Position numbers and translations under genes: made by a program
Shown here: positions 12,261 through 23,511 of the stretch, piece after piece
Layout: every line of letters begins with the position of its first letter
Numbering within the stretch: position 1 is the first letter of the stretch
The notes under the pieces: model-generated
Seen by the model: the letters and a program-made list of their open reading frames with translations, nothing else
The model's database searches: none
What the model was told of the DNA's origin: nothing
IMG/VR virus record: IMGVR_UViG_3300046167_000888
Length of the DNA: 64,000 bases
Direction: 5' to 3' (one strand)
Origin: a virus

Positions 12261-15200
12261 ATGCCAAATTGGAAAAAAGTAATAGTTTCAGGAAGTGATG
12301 CCTCCCTAAACAATATCTCAAGTGAAAATATAACAGTAGAATCTACTGTTACTTCTTTAAATGTTAATACCACAAACATTTCAGCATCAAAATATTTTGT
12401 AGAACCAACAGGTTCAGGTTCAGTACCTGCAAAATCTTACCAAATTCCATTTGTTGATACATCTTCAGCAGACAATTATGGCGGCTTATATAAAGATAAT
12501 CAATCCAAATTAGAGTGGACACCAGCAGGTGAATTAACTGTAATTGGAAATATTGTTGCTGGTGGAACAGGATTCATAACTGGTAGTAATGTTAATGCAT
12601 CAACAAATGTAACAGTAGGTGGTCAAACCAATACTGCTAATTTAAGAATTAACTCAATCCCAACAGGTTCAGATCAAAATAAAATTGTAGTTGTTGGAGA
12701 TGATGGTAGTACATTTTTTAGAACAAATTTATCATTAACAGGTGCTCAAGGAGCAACTGGACAACAAGGTTTAACAGGTGCAATAGGACCAAAAGGAGCA
12801 CAAGGTGATAAAGGTGCAATAGGACCACTTGGTCCTCAAGGTAACGCAGGTAATGATGGTGATGATGGAGCACAAGGTACAACAGGACAAAAAGGTGTAA
12901 CAGGACCATTAGGACCTCAAGGTAATAAAGGTGATGTAGGACCTCTTGGACCACAAGGTAATCAAGGTGTTCAAGGTACAACCGGACAAAAAGGTGTAAC
13001 TGGACCACTTGGACCTCAAGGAAATCAAGGTAATGCAGGTAATGATGGAGCTCAAGGTACAACTGGAGCAACAGGACCTTTAGGACCACAAGGAAATCAA
13101 GGAAATACAGGACCACAAGGTAATGTAGGACCAACTGGTGATGATGGTGAAAAAGGTGATACTGGTGCTCAAGGCACAACAGGACCACTTGGACCTCAAG
13201 GTAATCAAGGTAATCAAGGTAACGTTGGACCAACAGGAGCACAAGGTGCAGTAGGAGCACAAGGAGATACAGGACCAACAGGTGCAACCGGATTACAAGG
13301 AACAACAGGTGCATTAGGACCAATTGGACCTCAAGGTAACCAAGGTAACCAAGGTGTACAAGGTACAAATGGAGAAAAAGGAGCAACAGGACCATTAGGA
13401 CCTCAAGGTAATCAAGGTATTCAAGGACAAAAAGGTGAAACAGGACCACTTGGACCACAAGGTAATGCAGGTAATGATGGAGCTCAAGGTACAACCGGAG
13501 CAACAGGACCTTTAGGACCACTTGGACCACAAGGTAATCAAGGTAACCAAGGTGTACAAGGTGCAACAGGACCACAAGGAACTAAAGGACAAAAAGGTGA
13601 AGTAGGAGCTAAAGGTGATACAGGACCTCAAGGATCTAAAGGTTCAACAGGACCATTAGGACCTCAAGGTAACCAAGGTGCACAAGGTACAACAGGTACA
13701 ACAGGACCTCTTGGACCACAAGGTAACGTAGGACCAGCAGGTACAGATGGAGATAAAGGTGCAATAGGACCAACAGGTGCTCAAGGAAATCAAGGTAACC
13801 AAGGTATACAAGGTACAACTGGACAAAAAGGTGCAACTGGACCTTTAGGACCACAAGGTAATCAGGGTAACCAAGGTATACAAGGTATAACAGGTGCAAC
13901 AGGACCTCTTGGACCACAAGGTAATCAAGGAAATACAGGACCAACAGGTGCTCAAGGAACAACAGGTGCATTAGGACCAATTGGACCTCAAGGTAACGTT
14001 GGACCAACAGGAGCACAAGGTAATGCAGGTAATGATGGTGAAAAAGGTTTAAAAGGTGAAGTAGGGGCACAAGGTAATAAAGGTGCAACAGGACCATTAG
14101 GACCTCAAGGTAATATAGGTAATGTAGGACCTCAAGGTGAAAAAGGTGCAACAGGACCTCAAGGAAATACAGGTGCTCAAGGTAATCAAGGTAACCAAGG
14201 TAACGTTGGTGTACAAGGTACCACAGGTGCTCAAGGTAACGTAGGACCTGAAGGACAAAAAGGACCACAGGGTACAACAGGTACAACAGGACCACAAGGT
14301 AACCAAGGTAATAAAGGTGCTACGGGACCATTAGGACCATTAGGACCTCAAGGTAATCAAGGAAATACAGGACCACAAGGTAATAAAGGACAAAAAGGTG
14401 AAATAGGTGCTCAAGGTACAGATGGTAACTTCGGTGGTAACTCATTCGATTATACATTTGATACAAGTACAACAGCAGGAGATCCAGGCCAAGGTAAAAT
14501 AAGATTATCATCAACAAATCAAAATACTTCACTTGAAGGATATATTGATGCAACAGATGATGATGGGAAACGATATTCAATCAACACTTGAAACATTAGA
14601 TAGTGTTACTTCAGCTATTAAAGGTCACATTAGAATCTCAAATAGAACAGATGCAACACAATTCTTAACATTCGCAATTACAGATCTTCAAGATCAAGGT
14701 GATTGGTGGCAGTTAGATTTAACTAATGAAGCAAGTTCAGCAACATCACCATTCTCAAATAACGAAGATATTATTTGTTCATTTGTAGCAGTAGGTGATA
14801 AAGGAGATAAAGGACAAAAAGGACAAACTGGAGCAGTAGGACCAACAGGACCACAAGGTAACGTAGGACCAACAGGACCACAAGGAAATAAAGGACAAAA
14901 AGGTGAAGTAGGAGCTCAAGGTAACGTAGGACCTCAAGGTAACGTAGGTGCTCAAGGAGCTACTGGTTCAACTGGTGCTCAAGGAAATAAAGGTAGCTTA
15001 GGACCACAAGGTAATGTTGGTGCTCAAGGAGCTACTGGAGCAATTGGACCACAAGGTAATACAGGTGCACAGGGTAATGTTGGACCAACAGGACCTCAAG
15101 GAAATAAAGGTGCAACAGGACCTCAAGGTAATACAGGTGCTCAAGGTGCAACAGGACCTCAAGGTAACCAAGGTAATCAAGGTAATGTAGGACCAACAGG

Positions 15201-16711
15201 ACCACAGGGTGAAAAAGGTGCGATAGGACCACAAGGTAACTGTAGGACCTAAAGGACCACAAGGTGGACAAGGTAATACAGGTGCACAAGGTGCTACTGG
15301 AGCTGTAGGACCAATTGGACCACAAGGTAACGTTGGACCTCAAGGAAATAAAGGACAAAAAGGTGCTGCAGGTACAAATGGAAATAAAGGAGCTCAAGGA
15401 GCTACAGGATCAACAGGACCACAAGGTAATGTAGGACCAACAGGACCTCAAGGTAACGTAGGACCTAAAGGACCACAAGGTGGACAAGGTAATACAGGAC
15501 CTACAGGTGCACAGGGTGCAACTGGAGCAATTGGACCTCAGGGTAATACAGGACCACAAGGTGGAATTGGACCTCAAGGTAATAAGGGACAAAAAGGACA
15601 AACAGGTGCACAAGGTAATGTAGGACCACAAGGTAACGTTGGACCAACTGGTGCACAAGGTGCTACAGGATCAACAGGACCTCAAGGTAACGTAGGACCA
15701 ACAGGACCTAAAGGACCACAAGGTAATGTAGGACCAGCAGGTAATAATGGAAATAAAGGAGCTCAAGGAGCTACAGGATCAACAGGACCACAAGGTGGTA
15801 CAGGACCACAAGGTGGAATTGGACCTCAAGGTAATAAAGGACAGAAAGGTCAAACAGGAGCACAAGGTAACGTAGGACCTGTAGGACCAACTGGAGCACA
15901 AGGTGCGACAGGACCTCAAGGTAACGTTGGACCTCAAGGTAACGTTGGACCACAAGGTAACAAGGGTCAAAAAGGACAAACTGGTGCTCAAGGTAACGTA
16001 GGACCTGTAGGACCTCAGGGTAATACAGGACAAAAAGGTCAAAAAGGTCAAACAGGTGCTCAAGGTAACGTTGGACCAATTGGACCAATTGGAAATGTAG
16101 GACCAACTGGACCTAAAGGACCACAAGGTAACGTAGGACCTCAAGGTAATAAAGGACAAAAAGGTGCCACTGGTGGACAAGGTAACGTAGGACCTGTAGG
16201 ACCTGTAGGACCAACAGGACCTCAAGGTAATAAGGGACAAAAAGGTCAAAAAGGACAAACAGGTGGACAAGGTAACGTAGGACCTGTAGGACCAGTAGGA
16301 CCAGTAGGACCATCAGGAGGATTTACTACAAACTCAAATGCTCAAGTAAATAGTTTAGGTGTTGGAGTTTCAGCCTCAGGTACAGCAGGTACAATTAGAG
16401 CTACAAATGATATTATTTCATATTACTCATCAGATAATAGATTAAAAGATGTAAAAGGTTTAGTTGAAAATGCATTAGAAAAAGTAATACAATTAAATGG
16501 TGTACAATTCGATTGGATAGCTAAAGAAGGTATACATGAAAATACAGGACACGATATAGGAATTATAGCACAAGAAATTGAAGCATTCTTCCCAGAAATT
16601 GTAGTAACAAGACCAAATGGATATAAAGCGGTTAAATATGAAAAATTAGTAGCAGTACTTATTGAAGCAATAAAAGATTTGAACGAAAAAATAGAAAAAT
16701 TAAATAAATAA
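12261..16711 (+). CDS. Collagen-like fibre protein 3, Pro-rich, with C-terminal peptidase S74 chaperone (about 1480 aa; apparent +1 insertions near 14565 and 15241)
   Basis: GPQ/GPT/GPL/GNQ repeats; one globular insert at 14421-14795; frame 15242-16711 (no in-frame start, so missing from the track) ends [11 protein letters not shown]...GIIAQEI...[26 protein letters not shown]. Confidence 0.85.
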
Positions 16712-16714
16712 AAA

Positions 16715-17257
16715 ATGGGTTTACTAATAACAGGGTCTTTTAAAGACATGAACGAAGCAACATATGATAGCTTATATTGTAGAATTGACCATTATCAACT
16801 AATAAAATCATTAGGATATGTGGCTACTACAATTGGATATTATGTTTCTAAAGAAGCATCCGAACCGATGTTTCCTACATATCAAGAAGATTATCATGAC
16901 TCAGACGCTAGTGGTTTTGTAGCAGGTGTAATTAATACTTCAACTGAAACTGAATTTGCAGCTGATCATTATATTGAATTTCCGTTAACACAAAGTGAAC
17001 AAGTTGTAGTAACTACATATTCATCTTCTTTTGAAGATAGATTAGTTGATTATATTGATTATGATGATGACGGAAATGAAGTCACAAAACAAAGAAATCA
17101 AAAAATTGAAATTATTACAACGGGTAGTGAAGAAGTTACTAAATCTAGAATTAATATGGATTTAATAACAGGAAGCGCTTATGAATATGCCTATAATCAG
17201 TTAAAATCTCGTTTAATAGAAACATACGGTGACAATAATGTTAATGATTTAATATAA
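16715..17257 (+). CDS. Hypothetical fibre-associated protein
   Basis: 180 aa directly after fibre 3; three TGS motifs. Confidence 0.5.
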   Translation: MGLLITGSFKDMNEATYDSLYCRIDHYQLIKSLGYVATTIGYYVSKEASEPMFPTYQEDYHDSDASGFVAGVINTSTETEFAADHYIEFPLTQSEQVVVTTYSSSFEDRLVDYIDYDDDGNEVTKQRNQKIEIITTGSEEVTKSRINMDLITGSAYEYAYNQLKSRLIETYGDNNVNDLI

Positions 17258-17264
17258 ACAACAT

Positions 17265-18083
17265 ATGTATTTTGGATCTTTTGGAAATAATAATTTAAAA
17301 TTAAGAGGAAACAATTCAGGTACTTTAATGCCTTGTGATTGTCAAGGATTTTTTAACAATGCCTTTGTTGCTTGTTTTTCTTGGCCATATTGGAACAATA
17401 CTAACATTAATCAAGGATGTAGTAGTTGGACAGCTTATTTATTACCTTGTGTAGGTAATGCAATAGTAAATGTAGGAACAGCGCCATCATCAACTAATGC
17501 TCAATCTTCTCGTGTACGAAATCAAGATAGACCTTTTGGAATTAATTTACATGGTGTAACAAATGCTGAAAAAGTTTCATTTACAAATTGGAACCCTATA
17601 ACCACTGTTGGTACTCTTCAAGGATATCAAAATGTAGGATTATCTAATAGATCTAATTTTGTTGGTATTAATGTTATTATGACTTATGGGTATACTTTTG
17701 GAGGTTGGAGAGCAAATACCGCTTCGGGTGGTTTAATTACTTTGTCTCAAGCTACTAATTTATATACCACAGGTACTTATGGAAGTACTGATTTTAGAGA
17801 TTTAAATGATGTATTTTCATCAGTTTTCTCTGATAGAAGATTAAAAGAAAATATTAGATGTATAGGTAAATCAAAATCAGGAATTAACATTTATACTTGG
17901 AACTATAAAAATCCAGAAAAATTTGGATATGGTACATACCAAGGAGTAATGGCTCAAGAAGTACCTCATGCTACAGTACAACATCCTAATGGATATTTAG
18001 CAGTAAATTATTCTAAAACAGACGTTACATTTAAAAAGTTATATGAAAGCAATTTGGGTAATAGAAAACGTCAAGAAGGATAA
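17265..18083 (+). CDS. Structural protein with C-terminal S74-like chaperone domain
   Basis: FSDRRLKENI...GINIYTWNY...QGVMAQEV...GYLAVNY. Confidence 0.7.
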   Translation: MYFGSFGNNNLKLRGNNSGTLMPCDCQGFFNNAFVACFSWPYWNNTNINQGCSSWTAYLLPCVGNAIVNVGTAPSSTNAQSSRVRNQDRPFGINLHGVTNAEKVSFTNWNPITTVGTLQGYQNVGLSNRSNFVGINVIMTYGYTFGGWRANTASGGLITLSQATNLYTTGTYGSTDFRDLNDVFSSVFSDRRLKENIRCIGKSKSGINIYTWNYKNPEKFGYGTYQGVMAQEVPHATVQHPNGYLAVNYSKTDVTFKKLYESNLGNRKRQEG

Positions 18084-18921
18084 TTCCTTTTATGATGAAT
18101 TTAAATTAGTTATGTTATTTGCTTCCGTAAGTTTATGGAAGAAATATCATCCTGAACATACTACAATTCTATATTGTGATGAAATGACAGAAAAATATCT
18201 GTCTAATCTTAATGTATTTCCATTATGGGATCAAATTAAACATTTATCTTATCCTGAAAAAATTAATCGAGAAATATTTTGGTCAAGTTGTAAAACAAAA
18301 ATTATAAGTGAAGCAACGGAACCTATAGTAGTTATAGATCATGATTTTTTAATATTCACTAATATAGATGAACATTTAAAAGAAAAAGTATTATATACTC
18401 ATGAAGAACAAGCTTATCCTTGGTACCCAGCTAAAGAAGATAGGTATTGTGCTCGTTTATCTAAACCTTCCCCTTATGAATTAGATTTAGCAGCTAATGT
18501 ATCATTATTTTATTTACCTGATCCTAAATTTGCTAAAATGTATGGTGAATGGGTGTTACAAAATCACGAAGAATTTACTATAATGGATTTTGAAGGTATG
18601 GATCCTAATTATATGATTTATTCAGAACAACTAATGTTAAAACAACTATTAGTTAGGGATAATATCCCACATAATACGTTAACAATCAACGTATTTGACA
18701 ATAAAAAACAAATATTTACTGATGCAATTAATTTATATGGTATTTGGAATCGTGAAGAATCTCCATTACATTATAGACACTATGGGTTTGATAAACGTCT
18801 TTTACAAGATGATAAAGACGAATTATCTTATTTATATAGATGTATAAATGCAAGTAAAAAAATTAACGTTAAGTTATTAAAAGAAAAAATTCATGAAAGC
18901 AATTCACGTAAATTGGACTAA
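18043..18921 (+). CDS. Putative GT-A fold glycosyltransferase-like protein
   Basis: ILYCDE, FWSSCK and PIVVIDHD (DxD) motifs; paralogous to the next gene. Confidence 0.5.
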   Translation: MKAIWVIENVKKDNSFYDEFKLVMLFASVSLWKKYHPEHTTILYCDEMTEKYLSNLNVFPLWDQIKHLSYPEKINREIFWSSCKTKIISEATEPIVVIDHDFLIFTNIDEHLKEKVLYTHEEQAYPWYPAKEDRYCARLSKPSPYELDLAANVSLFYLPDPKFAKMYGEWVLQNHEEFTIMDFEGMDPNYMIYSEQLMLKQLLVRDNIPHNTLTINVFDNKKQIFTDAINLYGIWNREESPLHYRHYGFDKRLLQDDKDELSYLYRCINASKKINVKLLKEKIHESNSRKLD

Positions 18922-19882
18922 ACCTTTCTTTAATAGAGATAGGTTAAGAGGTCATGGATTTGAATCTACAAAACAATTAAAATCTAACACATACGATCAA
19001 CTTGACCATCAAATATTATACACAATGCTATCAGCAGTGTATTGGAAAAAATATAATGGCCCAATTAAATTGTATACTGATTCAGTTGGTGCTTCATTTT
19101 ATCAAAGATTTGGTTTATTAGATTTATATGATGAAATAGATATAAAATATTTAAATAATTACTCTAAATCAGACATAGATGCTGCTTATTTTTGGACTAG
19201 TGGTAAAATAAAATGTTTAGCCCATCAAACTGAACCTTTTGTTTTTTTAGATCAAGATATGATTGTTAAACAACCACTACCTGAATGGGTAAGAACAAAT
19301 GATTTAACAATTGCTCATTGGGAAATAGGTAGAGGTTATTATTATTTTGATAGAGAAAAATGGGAAAGAGAAATTACTCATATACCATGGATTGAAAATT
19401 ACAACTCAGATGATTGGTCACCTAATACATCATTTCTGTGTTTTAATAACATGGAATTACTTAAAGAATATCATAATTGGCATAAGTATTTAGTAAAAAC
19501 AGAACCATATTATAATATACCAGAATGGTATTGGTTATTAACAGACCAAGGTATTTTAGGTCATATTATTAGAGAAAACGATTATAATATAAATACGTTA
19601 ACTCAAAAAATATCATTATCACATCATAATACAATTGATACAGCAACTAGATATAAAGGTAAAGCTGAAAAATGGTATAATGTAGTTGACCCAGATTATG
19701 ATGAAATAAATGATGAACCAAAAGAAGTTAGATTTGAGCATGTTTGGTTAGATAAAATTAATATTCAAAATTTACAAACAGATAGATGGTTTAAAGAATT
19801 AGTTGAAGATTTTGATTGTAGTAAATATCTTACAGATATAAGATGGAATAAACATTGGAAAAATTACCATGAAAATAATTAG
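18893..19882 (+). CDS. Putative GT-A fold glycosyltransferase-like protein
   Basis: KLYTD, FWTSGKI, PFVFLDQD (DxD) and TDQGIL motifs; MKAI- start like its upstream paralog. Confidence 0.55.
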   Translation: MKAIHVNWTKPFFNRDRLRGHGFESTKQLKSNTYDQLDHQILYTMLSAVYWKKYNGPIKLYTDSVGASFYQRFGLLDLYDEIDIKYLNNYSKSDIDAAYFWTSGKIKCLAHQTEPFVFLDQDMIVKQPLPEWVRTNDLTIAHWEIGRGYYYFDREKWEREITHIPWIENYNSDDWSPNTSFLCFNNMELLKEYHNWHKYLVKTEPYYNIPEWYWLLTDQGILGHIIRENDYNINTLTQKISLSHHNTIDTATRYKGKAEKWYNVVDPDYDEINDEPKEVRFEHVWLDKINIQNLQTDRWFKELVEDFDCSKYLTDIRWNKHWKNYHENN

Positions 19883-20615
19883 AGTACTTTGGGGTAATAA
19901 TATAAACCATGAGATACCTCCATGTCCATTATTGGAAAATGAAGTTGTTTATGTATGGGGGGATGAAAACAATCAAATGATGATTGATAGAGGATGGGAA
20001 ACTAGACCTTATAATACTAATTTTATATTTGAAGGTAAATATAATGCATTTGGTAAAAAATTACTTGCATTAAAAGAAGCAATGGAAGAATTTGGTGAGG
20101 TATTATTACTAGATTGGGATTGTTATTTAATAAAACCTTTAGATGAAAAATTTTATAACACGTTAAAAACTAAACCGGTACAAATTCCTCTTTACATTCA
20201 ACATAAAGATACTAAAGATGCTATATTAGAAATTTTACCGCCAAACCAAAGTATTGAATTACAAAAAGAATTAGATATATTAGGAAAAGGATTTAAAAAA
20301 TATGGTTGGGAATGGGAAGATGGATATGTAGCTCCTAATTTTGGTTTTGTATATTGTAGAGATAAAGATTTTGCTCAAAAATTATATGATATAGCAATTA
20401 ATCATAATTTACAAACTGTAGTAGATGAGTTTGCTACATTAATACAGGTTGATTGTACATTAGAAGAATATATAGAAAAATATTTACCTACTGTATTAAG
20501 AGGTTCTAGCAATGATAAATTTATTTTTGATGCTAGATTACATAAATTAGGAAAAAAATTCAATGATTACATTGATACTATAACAAAAATAACACCTTAT
20601 TTTAATCATGTCTAA
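19869..20615 (+). CDS. Putative glycosyltransferase-like protein (paralog A)
   Basis: EVLLLDWDCYL (DxD), PNFGFVY, C-terminal YFNHV. Confidence 0.5.
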   Translation: MKIIRVLWGNNINHEIPPCPLLENEVVYVWGDENNQMMIDRGWETRPYNTNFIFEGKYNAFGKKLLALKEAMEEFGEVLLLDWDCYLIKPLDEKFYNTLKTKPVQIPLYIQHKDTKDAILEILPPNQSIELQKELDILGKGFKKYGWEWEDGYVAPNFGFVYCRDKDFAQKLYDIAINHNLQTVVDEFATLIQVDCTLEEYIEKYLPTVLRGSSNDKFIFDARLHKLGKKFNDYIDTITKITPYFNHV

Positions 20616-21396
20616 ATTAAAATTTATAAGAACTTGGTGGGGGGACCAACAAGATAAATGGTTAGAAGTCCCCAAAATACCTTTAATATCATCTGAAGAT
20701 GAAATTGTATATGTTTGGGGTAAGGAAAATTTAAATAAATTTAAAGAAAGAGGATACAATTGTGTCTTAATGAAAGAAGATGAATTTAGTGGAAAAAGTA
20801 TTTATGGAAAAAAATTAACCGTTTTAAATAAAGCATTAAAAGAATGGGGTGAAGTATTAATGTTAGATTGGGATTGTTATTTATCATCACCTCTAGATGA
20901 TAATTTTTATACAATGTTATCTAAAAAACCTATACAAATACCATTATATGCTCATCATAAAGAACCTGATGTAGCATTATTAGAAGCAATTCCAGATGAC
21001 CATCCAATTCTTCAATCAGAAAAAACATATATTGAGTTAATAACTAATTTAGAATCAATAGCATTAGAAATTCCTAAATATCATTGGGAATGGAATGAAA
21101 ATTTAATTATTCCTAATTTTGGTTGTGTTTATTCTAGAGATATAAATTTAGGAGAAGATTTAATTAAAATAGCTAAAGAAAATAATATAAAAGGATTAGT
21201 AGAAGAATTTGCAATGTGGAAATACGCTAATTGTACATTAGAAGAATACATTGAACATTACCATCCTGATTATGTATTAGGCGTATCAGATGATAGATTA
21301 AAAGACCAAGAATATAGTATTAGTATAATACAAAAAGAATTTAATAAAGAAATAAAAACTAAAATTAATTTAAAACAATATTTTAATCATGTATAA
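20608..21396 (+). CDS. Putative glycosyltransferase-like protein (paralog B)
   Basis: EVLMLDWDCYL, PNFGCVY, C-terminal YFNHV; tandem paralog of 19869..20615. Confidence 0.5.
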   Translation: MSKLKFIRTWWGDQQDKWLEVPKIPLISSEDEIVYVWGKENLNKFKERGYNCVLMKEDEFSGKSIYGKKLTVLNKALKEWGEVLMLDWDCYLSSPLDDNFYTMLSKKPIQIPLYAHHKEPDVALLEAIPDDHPILQSEKTYIELITNLESIALEIPKYHWEWNENLIIPNFGCVYSRDINLGEDLIKIAKENNIKGLVEEFAMWKYANCTLEEYIEHYHPDYVLGVSDDRLKDQEYSISIIQKEFNKEIKTKINLKQYFNHV

Positions 21397-21982
21397 AGTA
21401 AAAGTAATATCACTTAAAAGACGTGAAGATAGACGTGCTCATATGGCTCATATGTTTCAACATATAAATTTTGAATTTGTTGACGCTTTAGATGGGCAAA
21501 CATATAATTTAACAGAATTTGATAAAGAATTTATTGAAGGTAATGATTATGAAAAACATGGAATACACATCCCATCTTTAGTTTGTGCTAATTATACACA
21601 TTTAAATTTGTTAGATGAATGTTCAAAACAAGATCAACCTTATTTTATATTTGAAGATGATGTTGAAATGACTGGAGCTAAAGCTCCTGATTTATATTTT
21701 GAAGCATTAGCTTCAGTTGAAGATTTAGATGCTTTTTGGTTTATTCCTAATGAACCAAGTATTGCCGCTTATATAGTATGGCCAAAGGGTGCTAAAAAAA
21801 TGATTGATTATGTAAATAATGTTTCTAAATTAAAAAGAGGTTTAGATTGGGCATTTTGGGATTTAAGAAAATCTAAAGATTTCCGTGCGGATCAATCAAA
21901 AGAAGCGTATTTTAAACATGACCCTGGAAAAGACTCTGATATCACAACAATAGAAAACTATGATATTTCATCCGACAAATAA
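21389..21982 (+). CDS. Glycosyltransferase family 25
   Basis: VISLKRREDRR, FEFVDALDG, YFIFEDD and AAYIV..GAKK motifs typical of GT25. Confidence 0.8.
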   Translation: MYKVKVISLKRREDRRAHMAHMFQHINFEFVDALDGQTYNLTEFDKEFIEGNDYEKHGIHIPSLVCANYTHLNLLDECSKQDQPYFIFEDDVEMTGAKAPDLYFEALASVEDLDAFWFIPNEPSIAAYIVWPKGAKKMIDYVNNVSKLKRGLDWAFWDLRKSKDFRADQSKEAYFKHDPGKDSDITTIENYDISSDK

Positions 21983-22664
21983 GGAAAATATATTTCATTT
22001 AGCTCCTATACCAGTTTATAAAAGGAGATATGTAGATTGTCCTGTTACTAAAAAAATAAATAAACTTGGGTTTAAAATTTTAACTCAAGAACAAAAAAGA
22101 ATGGGTCAAGAATTACCTGGTCAATATGATAAACATAGACAAGATAATTATGAAATTAATTATGATTATCAAGAAGAATGGGTTGAAGATCATGAATTAC
22201 AACCTATAGGAAGTAGATTTTTTGTTGAACCTAATAACTTTTTAACTGAATGGGGATACAAACCAGAAAAAAACACAGGTAATAAAGATGTAGATGTTAT
22301 TACTCGAAGAATAAAAGCGGGTTTTAAAGAACTAACAGGTAAAGATGGAGAAGTAACTGAAAGTTGGGCTCAATATTATGAACCAACTGCAGGTAGAGGA
22401 CATAATGCTCATAATCATAATAGATGGCAACATAAAGAAGAAAAACCTTTAATGTACTCTGGTGGTTATTATTTAGATGATGGTGATCCTTTAAAAGATC
22501 ATCCTTACAGTGGTGCTTTTGCTTTTCATATAGGAGGAAAAAAACATTATATTAGACCTAGAGAAGGGATGTTATTAATTTGGCCACATGATATTATTCA
22601 CTCAGTAGAACCATTTTATGGTAATAGACATAGAGCAGTAATTAATTTTAATATACAAGCATGA
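21960..22664 (+). CDS. 2OG-Fe(II) oxygenase (HxH type)
   Basis: ESWAQ, HNAHNH, SGGYY, PREGMLLIWPHDIIHSVEP, RAVINFN. Confidence 0.75.
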   Translation: MIFHPTNKENIFHLAPIPVYKRRYVDCPVTKKINKLGFKILTQEQKRMGQELPGQYDKHRQDNYEINYDYQEEWVEDHELQPIGSRFFVEPNNFLTEWGYKPEKNTGNKDVDVITRRIKAGFKELTGKDGEVTESWAQYYEPTAGRGHNAHNHNRWQHKEEKPLMYSGGYYLDDGDPLKDHPYSGAFAFHIGGKKHYIRPREGMLLIWPHDIIHSVEPFYGNRHRAVINFNIQA

Positions 22665-23509
22665 ATATAATTTTTGATATACCTGGTGGAATAGGTAAAG
22701 TATTAATGGCAACTGCTATTGTAAAAGGACTTAAAGCCAAATACCCCACAGATAAAATAATTACAGTTTCAGGTCATCCTTTAGTATTTAAAAATAACCC
22801 TAATGTTCATGCTTCATTTCAATTAGCGGATAGAGATAGAGTTAGGGAACAATATATAAAAGACCAAGAATGTAAAATTATAGCTAGAGAACCTTATTAT
22901 GAGCAAAATCATATTTTTCAAAAGGAACATTTACTAGAAACATGGTTTAAATTATTAGATTTAGAATATTGGGGACAACAACCAGATATTTATTTAGATG
23001 ATCAAGAAATACAATCATATAAAAAATTATATAAATCAGATAAACCTATAATGGTTATCCAACCTCATGGGGGTGCTTCACCCGAAGTACCTTATAACTG
23101 GGTAAGAGATATTCCACCTAAAATAACTAAAAAATTAATAGAAAAGTATAAAGATACTCATACTATCTATTTAATAAAAAGCCCAAAACAACCTAAATAT
23201 AAAGATGTAAAAGAAGAAATAGGATCTATTAGAAGAGTAGCTATACTATTAAGTATGGCTGAAAAAAGATATCTTATTGATAGTTTTGCTCAACATTTAG
23301 CAATGGCTTTAAGAAAACCATCTACCGTATTTTGGATAGGAACTAATCCAAAGGTATTTGGGTATGATATACATAATAACATTAAAGCAAACCCATTCCA
23401 ATTAGAAACAAATAGTGGGTTGTATCATGGAAGAAATTTAACAGAAGTCATAGAAAGCTTGCCTTATGTAAATGAGGATTGTATATTCGATGTCGAAAAA
23501 ATTATATAA
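22661..23509 (+). CDS. GT-B fold glycosyltransferase (GT9/heptosyltransferase-like)
   Basis: GGIGKVLMATAIV, FKNNPNV, VIQPHGG, LIDSFAQHLAMAL..PSTVFW. Confidence 0.7.
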   Translation: MNIIFDIPGGIGKVLMATAIVKGLKAKYPTDKIITVSGHPLVFKNNPNVHASFQLADRDRVREQYIKDQECKIIAREPYYEQNHIFQKEHLLETWFKLLDLEYWGQQPDIYLDDQEIQSYKKLYKSDKPIMVIQPHGGASPEVPYNWVRDIPPKITKKLIEKYKDTHTIYLIKSPKQPKYKDVKEEIGSIRRVAILLSMAEKRYLIDSFAQHLAMALRKPSTVFWIGTNPKVFGYDIHNNIKANPFQLETNSGLYHGRNLTEVIESLPYVNEDCIFDVEKII

Positions 23510-23511
23510 CT

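Noticed and set aside
14562-14575. GGGAAAC heptamer at the fibre 3 break as a programmed -1 frameshift site
   Set aside because: The upstream frame reads GGG AAA and the continuation needs +1, the opposite of the canonical -1 slip on G GGA AAC. An extra G inside a conserved domain (paralogs read DDNG and DDAG) is simpler.
5298-16310. Collagen DNA repeats as satellite DNA or a DGR template/variable repeat pair
   Set aside because: Repeats follow 9-nt codon periodicity with synonymous variation; no adenine-specific mismatch pair or reverse transcriptase seen.
583-16313. Numerous minus-strand and alternate-frame ORFs over the collagen genes
   Set aside because: Shadow ORFs caused by stop-poor repetitive GGN-NNN-NNN codons; no start context or plausible products.
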